Shown: positions 34,601-49,600 of the stretch, piece by piece
Position numbering within the stretch: the stretch's first letter is position 1
Layout: each line of letters starts with the position of its first letter
From: Eledone cirrhosa
Taxonomy: Eukaryota
Length of the DNA: 64,000 bases
Direction: 5' to 3'
Assembly (NCBI GenBank): GCA_964016885.1
Contig: OZ024744.1
Span: forward strand, 94,674,001-94,738,000
Translations under genes and position numbers: made by a program
The notes under the pieces: model-generated
Seen by the model: only the letters and a program-made list of their open reading frames with translations
The model's database searches: none
What the model was told of the DNA's origin: nothing

Positions 34601-37600
34601 ACCACAGTCAGTTACATCTATCAATACACCCCACATCTTGAGACAAATGAGGCAGCCAAAGTGTTCCCATGACCACAGTCAGTTATATCTATCAATACAT
34701 CACATGTCTTGAGACACATGAGGCAGCCAAAGTGTTCCCATGACCACAGTCAGTTATATCTATCAATACATCACATGTCTTGAGACACATGAGGCAGCCA
34801 AAGTGTTCCAATGACCACCACAGTCAGTTACATCTATCAATACATCCCACATCTTGAGACACATGAGGCTGCCAAAATGTTCCAATGACCACGGTCAGTT
34901 ACATCTATCAATACACCCCACACCTCGAGACACATGAGGCAGCCAAAGTGTTCCAATGACCACCACAGTCAGTTACATCTATCAATACATCCCATGTCTT
35001 GAGACACATGAGGCAGCCAAAGTGTTCCAATGACCACAGTCAGTCACATCTATCAATACATCCCACATGTTGAGACATATGAGGCAGACAAAGTGTTCCA
35101 ATGACCACAGTCAGTTACATCTATCAATACATACCACATCTTGAGACACATGAGGCAACCAAAGTGTTCCAATGACCACCACAGTCAGTTACATCTATCA
35201 CAACATCCCACATCTTGAGACACTTGAGGCAGCCAAAGAGTTCCAATGACCACAGTCAGTTACATCTATCAATACATCCCACATCTTGAGACATATGAGG
35301 CAACCAAAGTGTTCCAATGACCACCACAGTCAGTTACATCTATCAATACATCCCACATCTTGAGACACATGAGGCAGCCAATGTGTTCCAGTGACCACAG
35401 TCAGTTACATCTATCAATACATCCCACATCTTGAGACATATGAGGCAGCCAAAGTGTTCCAATGACCACTACAGTCAGTTACATCTATCAATACATCCCA
35501 CATCTTGAGACACATGAGGCAGCCAAAGTGTTCCAATGACCACCACAGTCAGTTACATCTATCACAACATCCCATGTCTTGAGACACATGAGGCAGCCAA
35601 AGTGTTCCAATGACCACAGCCAGGTACATTTATCAATACATCCCACATCTTGAGACACATGAGGTAGCCAAAGTGTTCCAATGACCACCACAGTCAGTTA
35701 CATCTATCAATACATCCCACATCTTGAGACACATGAGGCAGCCAATGTGTTGCAATGACCACCACAGTCAGTTACATCTATCAATACATCCCACATCTTG
35801 AGACACATGAGGAAGCCAAAGTGTTCCAATGACCACCGTCAGTTACATCTATCAATACATACGACATCTTGAGGCACGTGAGGCAGCCAAAGTGTTCCAA
35901 TGACCACAGTCAGTTACATCTATCAATACATCCCACATCTTGAGATACATGAGGCAGCCAAAGTGTTCCAATGACCACCGTCAGTTACATCTATTAATAC
36001 ATCCAAGATCTTGAGACACATGAGGCAGCCAAAGAGTTCCAATGAACACAGTCAGTTACATCTATCAATACATCCCACATCTTGAGATACATGAGGCAGC
36101 CAAAGTGTTCCAATGACCACCACAGTCAGTTACATCTATCAATACATCCCACATCTTCAGGCACACGAGACAGCCAAGTGTTCTACTGACAACCACAGTC
36201 AGTTACATCTATCAATACATACCACATCTTGAGGCACACGAGACAGCCAAGTGTTCTACTGACAACCACAGTCAGTTACATCTATCAATACATCCCACAT
36301 CTGAGATACATGAGGCAGCCAAAGTGTTCCAATGACCACAGTCAGTTACATCTATCAATACATCCCACATCTTGAGACACATGAGGCAGCCAAAGTGTTC
36401 CAATGACCACCATGGTCAGTGACATCTATCAATACATCCCACATCTTGAGGCACATGAGACAGCCAAAGAGTTCCAATGAACACAGTCAGTTACATCTAT
36501 CAATACATCCCACATCTTGAGACACATGAGGCAGCCAAAGTGTTCCAATGACCACCATGGTCAGTGACATCTATCAATACATCCCACATCTTGAGGCACA
36601 TGAGGCAGGCAAAGTGCTCCAATGACCACCATGGTCAGTTACATCTATCAATACATCCCACATCTTGAAACACATGAGGTAGCCAAAGTGTTCCAATAAC
36701 CACAGTCAGTTACATCTATCAATACATCCCACATCTTGAGACACATGAGGTAGCCAAAGTGTTCCCATGACCATAGTCAATTACATCTATTAATACATCC
36801 CATGTCATGAGACACATGAGGCAGCCAAAGTGTTCCCATAACCACAGTCAGGTACATTTATCAATACATCCCACATCTTGAGACACATGAGGCAGCCAAG
36901 TGCTCCAATGACCAAAGTGGGTTACATCTATCAATACATACCACATCTTGAGACACATGAGGCAGCTAAAGTGTTCCAATGACCACAGACAGTTACATCT
37001 ATCACAACATCCCATGTCTTGAGACAGATAAGGTAGCCAAAGTGTTCCAATGACCACCACAGTCAGTTACATCTATCAATACATCCCACATCTTGAGACA
37101 CATGAGGCAGCCAAAGTGTTCCAATGACCACCACAGACAGTTACATCTATCAATACATACCACATCTTGAGACACATGAGGCAGCCAAAGTGTTCCAATG
37201 ACCACCACAGTCAGTTACATCTATCAATACATCCCACATCTTGAGACACATGAGGCAACCAAAGTGTTCCAATGACCACACTCAGTTACATCTATCAATA
37301 CATCCCACATCTTGAGACACATGAAGCAGCCAAAGTGTTCCAATGAACACAGTCAGTTACATCTATCAATACATCCCACATCTTGAGACACATGAGGCAA
37401 CCAAAGTGTTCCAATGACCACCACAGTCAGTTACATCTATCAATACATCCCACATCTTGAGACACATGAGGTAGCCAAAGTGTTCCAATAACCACAGTCA
37501 GTTACATCTATCAATACATACCACATCTTGAGACACATGAGGCAGCCAAAATGTTCCAATGACCACAGACAGTTACATCTATCACAACATCCCATGTCTT

Positions 37601-40600
37601 GAGACAGATAAGGTAGCCAAAGTGTTCCAATGACCACCACAGTCAGTTACATCTATCAATATATCCCACACCTTGAGACACATGAGGCAGCCAAAGTGTT
37701 CCAATGACCACCACAGACAGTTACATCTATCAATACATCTCACATCTTGAGACACATGAGGCAGCCAAAGTGTTCCAATGACCACAGTCAGTTACATCTA
37801 TCAATACATTCCACATCTTGAGATACATGAAGCAGCCAAAGTGTTCCAATGACCACCACAGTCAGTTACATCTATCAATACATCCCACATCTTGAGACAC
37901 ATGAGGCAACCAAAGTGTTCCAATGACCACCACAGTCAGTTACATCTATCAATACATCCCACATCTTGAGACACATGAGACAGCCAAAGTGTTCCAATGA
38001 CCACAGTCAGTTACATCTATCAATACATCCCACATCTTGAGACACATAAGGTAGCCAAAGTGTTCCAATGACCACCACAGTCAGTTACATCTATCAATAC
38101 ATCCCACATCTTGAGACACATGAGGCAGCCAAAGTGTTCCAATGACGACAGTCAGTTACATCTATCAATACATCCAACATCATGAGACACATGAGGCAGC
38201 CAACGTGTTCCCATGACAACAGTCAGTTATATCTATCAATACATCACATGTCTTGAGACCCATGAGGCAGCCAAAGTGTTCCAATGACCACCACAGTCAG
38301 TTACATCTATCACAACAACCCACATCGTGAGACACTTGAGGCAGCCAAAGTATTACAGTGACCACAGTCAGTTACATCTATCAATACATCCCACATCTTG
38401 AGACACATGAGGCAACCAAAGTGTTCCAATGACCACCACAGTCAGTTACATCTATCAATACATCCCACATCTTGAGACACATGAGGCAGCCAAAGTGTTC
38501 CAATGACCACAGTCAGTTACATCTATCAATACATCCCACATCTTGAGACACATGAGGCAGCCAAAGTGTTCCAATGACCACCACAGTCAGTTACATCTAT
38601 CAATACATCCCACATCTTGAGACACATGAGGCAGCCAAAGTGTTCCAATCACCACAGCCAGTTACATCTATCACAACATCCCATGTCTTGAGACACGTAA
38701 GGTAGCCAAAGTGTTCCAATGACCACCAGAGTCAGTTACATCTATCAATACATCTCACATCTTGAGACACCTGAGGCAACCAAAGTGTTCCAATGACCAC
38801 CACAGTCAGTTACATCTATCAATACATCCCACATCTTGAGACACATGAGGTAGCCAAAGTGTTCCAATAACCACAGTCAGTTACATCTATCAATACATAC
38901 ACATCTTGAGACACATGAGGCAGCCAAAATGTTCCAATGACCACAGACAGTTACATCTATCACAGCATCCCATGTCTTGAGACAGATAAGGTAGCCAAAG
39001 TGTTCCAATGACCACCACAGTCAGTTACATCTATCAATATATCCCACACCTTGAGACACATGAGGCAGCCAAAGTGTTCCAATGACCACCACAGACAGTT
39101 ACATCTATCAATACATCTCACATCTTGAGACACATGAGGCAGCCAAAGTGTTCCAATGACCACAGTCAGTTACATCTATCAATACATTCCACATCTTGAG
39201 ATACATGAAGCAGCCAAAGTGTTCCAATGACCACCACAGTCAGTTACATCTATCAATACATCCCACATCTTGAGACACATGAGGCAACCAAAGTGTTCCA
39301 ATGACCACCACAGTCAGTTACATCTATCAATACATCCCACATCTTGAGACACATGAGACAGCCAAAGTGTTCCAATGACCACAGTCAGTTACATCTATCA
39401 ATACATCCCACATCTTGAGACACATAAGGTAGCCAAAGTGTTCCAATGACCACCACAGTCAGTTACATCTATCAATACATCCCACATCTTGAGACACATG
39501 AGGCAGCCAAAGTGTTCCAATGACGACAGTCAGTTACATCTATCAATACATCCAACATCATGAGACACATGAGGCAGCCAACGTGTTCCCATGACAACAG
39601 TCAGTTATATCTATCAATACATCACATGTCTTGAGACCCACGAGGCAGCCAAAGTGTTCCAATGACCACCACAGTCAGTTACATCTATCACAACAACCCA
39701 CATCGTGAGACACTTGAGGCAGCCAAAGTATTACAGTGACCACAGTCAGTTACATCTATCAATACATCCCACATCTTGAGACACATGAGGCAACCAAAGT
39801 GTTCCAATGACCACCACAGTCAGTTACATCTATCAATACATCCCACATCTTGAGACACATGAGGCAGCCAAAGTGTTCCAATGACCACAGTCAGTTACAT
39901 CTATCAATACATCCCACATCTTGAGACACATGAGGCAGCCAAAGTGTTCCAATGACCACCACAGTCAGTTACATCTATCAATACATCCCACATCTTGAGA
40001 CACATGAGGCAGCCAAAGTGTTCCAATCACCACAGCCAGTTACATCTATCACAACATCCCATGTCTTGAGACACGTAAGGTAGCCAAAGTGTTCCAATGA
40101 CCACCAGAGTCAGTTACATCTATCAATACATCTCACATCTTGAGACACCTGAGGCAGCCAAAGTGTTCCAATGACCACAGTCAGTTACATCTATCAATAC
40201 ATCCCACATCTTGAGACACGTGAGGCAGCCAAAGTGTTCCAATGACCACAGTCAGTTACATCTATCACAACATCCCACATCTTGAGACACATGAGGCAGC
40301 CAAAGTGTTCCAATGACCACAGTCAGTTACATCTATCAATATATCCCACATCTTGAGACACATGAGGCAGCCAAAGTGTTCCAATGACCACAGTCAGTTA
40401 CATCTATCAATACATCCCACATCTTGAGACACATGAGGAAGCCAAAGTGTTCCAATGACCACAGTCAGTTACATCTATCAATACATCTCACATCTTGAGA
40501 CACATGAGGTAGCCAAAGTGTTCCAATGACCACCACAGTCAGTTTCATCTATCAATACATCCCATGTCTTGAGACACATGAGGCAGCCAAAGTGTTCCAA

Positions 40601-43600
40601 TGACCACCATGGTCAGCTACATCAATAAATACATCCCACATCTTCAGACACATGAGGCTGCCAAAGTGTTCCCATGACCACAGCCAGGTACATCTATCAA
40701 TACATACCACATCTTGAGACACATGATGTAGCCAAAGTGTTCCAATGACCACAGTCAATTACATCTATCAATACATCCCACATCTTGAGACACATGAGGC
40801 AGCCAAATGTTCCAATGACCACCACAGTCTGTTACATCTATCAATACATCCCACATCTTGAGATACATGAGGCAGCCAAAGTGTTCCAATGACCACCACA
40901 GTCAGCTACATCTATCAATACATCCCACATCTTGAGATACATGAGGCAACCAAAGTGTTCCAATGACCACCACAGTCTGTTACATCTATCAATACATCCC
41001 ACATCTTGAGATACATGAGGCAGCCAAAGTGTTCCAATGACCACCACAGTCAGTTACATCTATCAATACATCCCACATCTTGAGATACATGAGGCAGCCA
41101 AAGTGTTCCAATGACCACCACAGTCTGTTACATCTATCAATACATCCCACATCTTGAACCACATGAGGCAGCCAAAGTGTTCCCATGACCACAGTCAGTT
41201 ATATCTATCAATACACCCCACATCTTGAGACACTTGAGGCAGCCAAAGTGTTCCAATGACCACAGTCAGTTACATTTATCACAACATCCCACATCTTGAG
41301 ACACATGAGGCAGCCAAAGTGTTCCAATAACCACAGTCAGTTACATCTATCAATACATCCCATATCTTGAGACACATGAGGCAGCCAAAGTGCTCCAATG
41401 ACCACAGTCAGTTACATCTATCAATACATCCCACATCTTGAGACACATGAGGCAGGCAAAGTGCTCCAATGACCACCATGTTCAGTTACATGAATCAATA
41501 CATCCCACATCTTGAGACACATGAGGCAGCCAAAGTGTTCCAATAACCACAGTCAGTTACATCTATCAATACATCCCACATCTTGAGACACATGAGGCAG
41601 CCAAAGTGTTCCCATGACCACAGTCAGTTACATCTATCAATACATCCCACATCTTGAGACACATGAGGCAGCCAAAGTGTTCCCATGACCACAGTCAGTT
41701 ACATCTATCAATACATCCCACATCTTGAGACACATGAGGCAGCCAAAGTGTTCCCATGACCACAGTCAGTTACATCTATCAATACATACCACATCTTGAG
41801 ACACATGATGTAGCCAAAGTGTTCCCATGACCACAGTCAGTTACATCTATCAATACATACCACATCTTGAGACACATGATGTAGCCAAAGTGTTCCCATG
41901 ACCACAGTCAGTTACATCTATCAATACATACCACATCTTGAGACACATGATGTAGCCAAAGTGTTCCCATGACCACAGTCAGTTACATCTATCAATACAT
42001 ACCACATCTTGAGACACATGAGGCAGCCAAAGTGTTCCCATGACCACAGTCAGTTACATCTATCAATACATCCCACATCTTGAGACACATGAGGCAGCCA
42101 AAGTGTTCCCATGACCACAGTCAGTTACATCTATCAATACATACCACATCTTGAGACACATGAGGCAGCCAAAGTGTTCCCATGACCACAGTCAGTTACA
42201 TCTATCAATACATACCACATCTTGAGACACATGAGGCAGCCAAAGTGTTCCCATGACCACAGTCAGTTACATCTATCAATACATACCACATCTTGAGACA
42301 CATGAGGCAGCCAAAGTGTTCCAATGACCACCACAGTCAGTTACATCTATCAATACATCCCATGTCTTGAGACACATGAGGCAGCCAAAGTGCTCCAATG
42401 ACCACCACGGTCAGTTACATCTATCAATACATCCCACATCTGGAGACACATGAGTCAAAATGTTCCAATGACCACCACAGTCAGTTAGATCTATCAATAC
42501 ATCCCACATCTTGAGACACATGAGGCAGGCAAAGTGTTCCAATGACCACAGTCAGTTACATCTATCAATATATCCCACATCTTGAGACACTTGAGGCAGC
42601 CAAAGTGTTCCAATGACCACCACAGTCAGTTACATCTATCAATACATCCCACATCTTGAGACACATGAGGCAGCCAAAGTGTTCCAATGACCACCACAGT
42701 CAGTTACATCTATCAATACATCCCACATCTTGAGACACATGAGGCAGCCAAAGTGTTCCAATGACCACCACAGTCAGTTACATCTATCAATACATCCCAC
42801 ATCTTGAGACACATGAGGCAGGCAAAGTGTTCCAATGACCACAGTCAGTTACATCTATCAATATATCCCACATCTTGAGACACTTGAGGCAGCCCAAGTG
42901 TTCCAATGACCACCACAGTCAGGTACATCTATCAATACATCCCACATCTTGAGACACATGAGGCATCCAAAGTGTTCCAATGACCACCACAGTCAGTTAC
43001 ATCTATCAATACATACCACACCTTGAGACGCATGAGGCATCCAAAGTGTTCCAATAACCACAGTCAGTTACATCTATCAATACATCTCACATCTTGAGAC
43101 ACATGAGGCAGCCAATGTGTTCCAATGACCACCACAGTCAGTTACATCTATCAATACATCCCACATCTTGAGACACATGAGGCTGCCAAAGTACTCCAAT
43201 GACCACCACAGTCAGTTACATCTATCAATACATCCCACATCTTGAGACACATGAGGCAACCAAAGTACTCCAATGACCACAGTCAGTTACATCTATCAAT
43301 ACATCCCACATCTTGAGACACATGAGGCAGCCAAAGTGTTCCAATAACCACAGTCAGTTACATCTATCAATACATCTTACATCTTGAGACACATGAGGCA
43401 GCCAAAGTGTTCCAATGACCACCACAGTCAGTTACGTCTATCAATACATACCACATCTTGAGACACATGAGGCAGGCAAAGTGCTCCAATGACCAACATG
43501 GTCAGTTACATGAATCAATACATCCCACATCTTGAGACACATGAGGCAGCCAAAGTGTTCCAATAACCACAGTCAGTTACATCTATCAATACATCCCACA

Positions 43601-46600
43601 TCTTGAGACACATGAGGCAGCCAAAGTGTTCCAATGACCACCACAGTCAGTTACATCTATCAATACATCTCACATCTTGAGACACATGAGGCAGCCAAAG
43701 TGTTCCAATGACCACCACAGTCAGTTACATCTATCAATATATCCCACATCTTGAGACACATGAGGCAGCCAGAGTGTTCCCATGACCACAGTCAGTTACA
43801 TCTATCAATACATACCACATCTTGAGACACATGAGGCAGCCAAAGTGTTCAAATGACCACAGTCAGTTACATCTAGCACAACATCCCACATCTTGAGACA
43901 CATGAGGTAGCCAAAGTCTTCCAATGACCACAGTCTGTTACATCTATCAATACACCCCACACCTTGAGACACATGAGGCAGCCAAAGTGTTCCAATGACC
44001 ACCACAGTCAGTTACATCTATCAATACATCCCACATCTGGAGACACATGAGTAAGCCAAAATGTTCCAATGACCACAGTCAGTTAGATCTATCAATATAT
44101 CCCACACCTTGAGACACATGAGGATGCCAAGTGTTCCAATAACCACAGTCAGTTACATTTATCAATACATCCCACACCTTGAGACACATGAGGCAGCCAA
44201 GTGCTCCAATGACCACCACAGTCGGTTACATCTATCACAACATCCCACATCTTGAGACACATGAGGCAGCCAAAGTGTTCCAATGACCACAGCCAGTTAC
44301 ATCTATCACAACATCCCATGTCTTGAGACACATAAGGTAGCCAAAGTGTTCCAATGACCACCAGAGTCAGTTACATCTATCAATACATCTCACATCTTGA
44401 GACACATGAGGCAGCCAAAGTGTTCCAATGACCACAGTCAGTTACATCGATCAATATATCCCACATCCTGTGACACATGAGGCAGCCAAAGTGTTCCAAT
44501 GACCACAGTCAGTTACATCTATTAATACATCCCACATCTTGAGCCACATGAGGCAGCCAAAGTGTTCCAATGACCACAGTCAGTTACATCTATCAATATA
44601 TCCCACATCTTGAGACACATGAGGCAGCCAAAGTGTTCCAATGACCACAGTCAGTTACATCTATCAATACATCCCACATCTTGAGATACATGAAGCAGCC
44701 AAAGTGTTCCAATGACCACCACAGTCAGTTACATCTATCAATACATCCCACATCTTGAGACACATGAGGTAGCCAAAGTGTTCCAATGACCACAGTCAGT
44801 TACATCTATTAATACATCCCACATCTTGAGACGCATGAGGCAGCCAAAGTGTTCCAATGACCACCACAGTCAGTTACATCTATCAATACATCCCACATCT
44901 TGAGATACATGAAGCAGCCAAAGTGTTCCAATGACTACCACAGTCAGTTACATCTATCAATACATCCCACATCTTGAGACACACGAGGCAGCCAAAGTGT
45001 TCCAATGACCACCACAGTCAGTTACATCTATCAATACATCCCACATCTTGAGACACACGAGGCAGCCAAAGTGTTCCAATGACCACCACAGTCAGTTACA
45101 TCTATCAATACATCCCATGTCTTGAGACACATGAGGCAGCCAAAGTGTTCCCATGACCACAGTCAGTTACATCTATCAATACACCCCACACCTTGAGACA
45201 CATGAGGCAGCCAAAGTGTTCCCATGACCACAGTCAGTTACATCTATCAATACACCCCACATCTTGAGACACATGAGGCAGCCAAAGTGTTCCAATGACC
45301 ACAGTCAGTTATATCTATCAATACATCCCACATCTTGAGACACATGAGGCAGCCAAAGTGTTCCAATGACCACCACAGTCAGTTTCATCTATCAATACAT
45401 CCCATGTCTTGAGACAAATGACGCAGCCAAAGTGTTCCAATGACCACAGTCAGTTACATCTATCAATACATCTCACATCTTGAGACACATGAGACAGCCA
45501 AAGTGTTCCAATGACCACAGTCAGTTACATCTATCAATACATCCCACACCTTGAGACACATGAGACAGCCAAAGTGTTCCAATGACCACAGTCAGTTACA
45601 TCTATCAATACATCCTACATCTTGAGACACATGAGGCAGCCAAAGTGTTCCAATGGCTGCAGTCAGTGACATCTATCAATACATCCCACATCTTGAGACA
45701 CATGAGGCAGCCAAAGTGTTCCAATGACCACCACAGTCAGTTACATCTATCAATACATCCCACATCTTGAGGCACATGAGGCAGGCAAAGTGCTCCAATG
45801 AACACCATGCTCAGTTACATCAATCAATACATCCCACATCTTGAGCCACAGGAGGCAGCCAAAGTGTTCCAATAACCACAGTCAGTTACATCTATCAATA
45901 CATCCCACATCTTGAGACACATGAGGCAGCCAAAGAGTTCCCATGACCACAGTCAGTTACTTCTATCAATATATCCCACATCTTGAGACACATGAGGCAG
46001 CCAAAGTGTTCCCATGACCACCACAGTCAGTTACATCTATCAATACATCCCATATCTTGAGACACATGAGGCAGCCAAAGTGTTCCAATGACCACAGTCA
46101 GTTACATCTATCAATACATCCCACATCTTGAGACACATGAGGCAGCCAAAGTGTTCCAATGACCACAGTCAGTTACTTCTATCAATACATCCCACATCTG
46201 GAGACTCATGAGGTAGCCAAAGTGTTACAATGACCACAGTCAGTTACATCTATCAATACATCCAACGTCTTGAGACACATGAGGCAGCCAAAGTGTTCCC
46301 ATGACCACATTCAGTTACATCTATTAATACATCCCACATCTTGAGACACATGAGGCAGCCAAAGTGTTCCCATGACCACAGTCAGTTACATATATCAATA
46401 CATCCCACATCTTGAGACACATGAGGCAGCCAAAGTGCTCCAATGACCACAGTCAGTTACATCTATCAATACATCCCACACCTTGAAACACATGAGGCAG
46501 CCAAAGTGCTCCAATGACCACCACAGTCAGTTACATCTATCAATACATCCCACTTCTTGAGACACATGAGGCAGGCAAAGTGCTCCAATGACCACCACGT

Positions 46601-49600
46601 TCAGTTACATGAATCAATACATCCCACATCTTGAGACACATGAGGCAGCCAAAGTGTTCCCATGACCACAGTCAGTTACATCTATCAATACATCCCACAT
46701 CTTGAGACACATGAGGCAGCCAAAGTGTTCCCATGACCACAGTCAGTTACATCTATCAATACATCCCACATCTTGAGACACATGAGGCAGCCAAAGTGTT
46801 CCCATGACCACAGTCAGTTACATCTATCAATACATCCCACATCTTGAGACACATGAGGCAGCCAAAGTGTTCCCATGACCACAGTCAGTTACATCTATCA
46901 ATACATCCCACATCTTGAGACACATGAGGCAGCCAAAGTGTTCCCATGACCACAGTCAGTTACATCTATCAATACATACCACATCTTGAGACACATGATG
47001 TAGCCAAAGTGTTCCCATGACCACAGTCAGTTACATCTATCAATACATACCACATCTTGAGACACATGAGGCAGCCAAAGTGTTCCCATGACCACAGTCA
47101 GTTACATCTATCAATACATACCACATCTTGAGACACATGAGGCAGCCAAAGTGTTCCAATGACCACCACAGTCAGTTACATCTATCAATACATCCCATGT
47201 CTTGAGACACATGAGGCAGCCAAAGTGCTCCAATGACCACCACGGTCAGTTACATCTATCAATACATCCCACATCTGGAGACACATGAGTCAAAATGTTC
47301 CAATGACCACCACAGTCAGTTAGATCTATCAATACATCCCACATCTTGAGACACATCAGGCAGGCAAAGTGTTCCAATGACCACAGTCAGTTACATCTAT
47401 CAATATATCCCACATCTTGAGACACTTGAGGCAGCCAAAGTGTTCCAATGACCACCACAGTCAGTTACATCTATCAATACATCCCACATCTTGAGACACA
47501 TGAGGCAGCCAAAGTGTTCCAATGACCACCACAGTCAGTTACATCTATCAATACATCCCACATCTTGAGACACATGAGGCAGCCAAAGTGTTCCAATGAC
47601 CACCACAGTCAGTTACATCTATCAATACATCCCACATCTTGAGACACATGAGGCAGGCAAAGTGTTCCAATGACCACAGTCAGTTACATCTATCAATATA
47701 TCCCACATCTTGAGACACTTGAGGCAGCCCAAGTGTTCCAATGACCACCACAGTCAGGTACATCTATCAATACATCCCACATCTTGAGACACATGAGGCA
47801 TCCAAAGTGTTCCAATGACCACCACAGTCAGTTACATCTATCAATACATACCACACCTTGAGACGCATGAGGCATCCAAAGTGTTCCAATAACCACAGTC
47901 AGTTACATCTATCAATACATCTCACATCTTGAGACACATGAGGCAGCCAAAGTGTTCCAATGACCACCACAGTCAGTTACATCTATCAATACATCCCACA
48001 TCTTGAGACACATGAGGCAGCCAAAGTACTCCAATGACCACCACAGTCAGTTACATCTATCAATACATCCCACATCTTGAGACACATGAGGCAACCAAAG
48101 TACTCCAATGACCACAGTCAGTTACATCTATCAATACATCCCACATCTTGAGACACATGAGGCAGCCAAAGTGTTCCAATAACCACAGTCAGTTACATCT
48201 ATCAATACATCTCACATCTTGAGACACATGAGGCAGCCAAAGTGTTCCAATGACCACAGTCAGTTACATGGATCAATATATCCCACATCCTGTGACACAT
48301 GAGGCAGCCAAAGTGTTCCAATGAACACAGTCAGTTACATCTATTAATACATCCCACATCTTGAGCCACATGAGGCAGCCAAAGTGTTCCAATGACCACA
48401 GTCAGTTACATCTATCAATATATCCCACATCTTGAGACACATGAGGCAGCCAAAGTGTTCCAATGACCACAGTCAGTTACATCTATCAATACATCCCACA
48501 TCTTGAGATACATGAAGCAGCCAAAGTGTTCCAATGACCACCACAGTCAGTTACATCTATCAATACATCCCACATCTTGAGACACATGAGGTAGCCAAAG
48601 TGTTCCAATGACCACAGTCAGTTACATCTATTAATACATCCCACATCTTGAGACGCATGAGGCAGCCAAAGTGTTCCAATGACCACCACAGTCAGTTACA
48701 TCTATCAATACATCCCACATCTTGAGATACATGAAGCAGCCAAAGTGTTCCAATGACCACCACAGTCAGTTACATCTATCAATACATCCCACATCTTGAG
48801 ACACACGAGGCAGCCAAAGTGTTCCAATGACCACCACAGTCAGTTACATCTATCAATACATCCCACATCTTGAGACACACGAGGCAGCCAAAGTGTTCCA
48901 ATGACCACCACAGTCAGTTACATCTATCAATACATCCCATGTCTTGAGACACATGAGGCAGCCAAAGTGTTCCCATGACCACAGTCAGTTACATCTATCA
49001 ATACACCCCACACCTTGAGACACATGAGGCAGCCAAAGTGTTCCCATGACCACAGTCAGTTACATCTATCAATACACCCCACATCTTGAGACACATGAGG
49101 CAGCCAAAGTGTTCCAATGACCACAGTCAGTTATATCTATCAATACATCCCACATCTTGAGACACATGAGGCAGCCAAAGTGTTCCAATGACCACCACAG
49201 TCAGTTTCATCTATCAATACATCCCATGTCTTGAGACAAATGACGCAGCCAAAGTGTTCCAATGACCACAGTCAGTTACATCTATCAATACATCTCACAT
49301 CTTGAGACACATGAGACAGCCAAAGTGTTCCAATTACCACAGTCAGTTACATCTATCAATACATCCTACATCTTGAGACACATGAGGCAGCCAAAGTGTT
49401 CCAATGGCTGCAGTCAGTGACATCTATCAATACATCCCACATCTTGAGACACATGAGGCAGCCAAAGTGTTCCAATGACCACCACAGTCAGTTACATCTA
49501 TCAATACATCCCACATCTTGAGGCACATGAGGCAGGCAAAGTGCTCCAATGAACACCATGCTCAGTTACATCAATCAATACATCCCACATCTTGAGCCAC

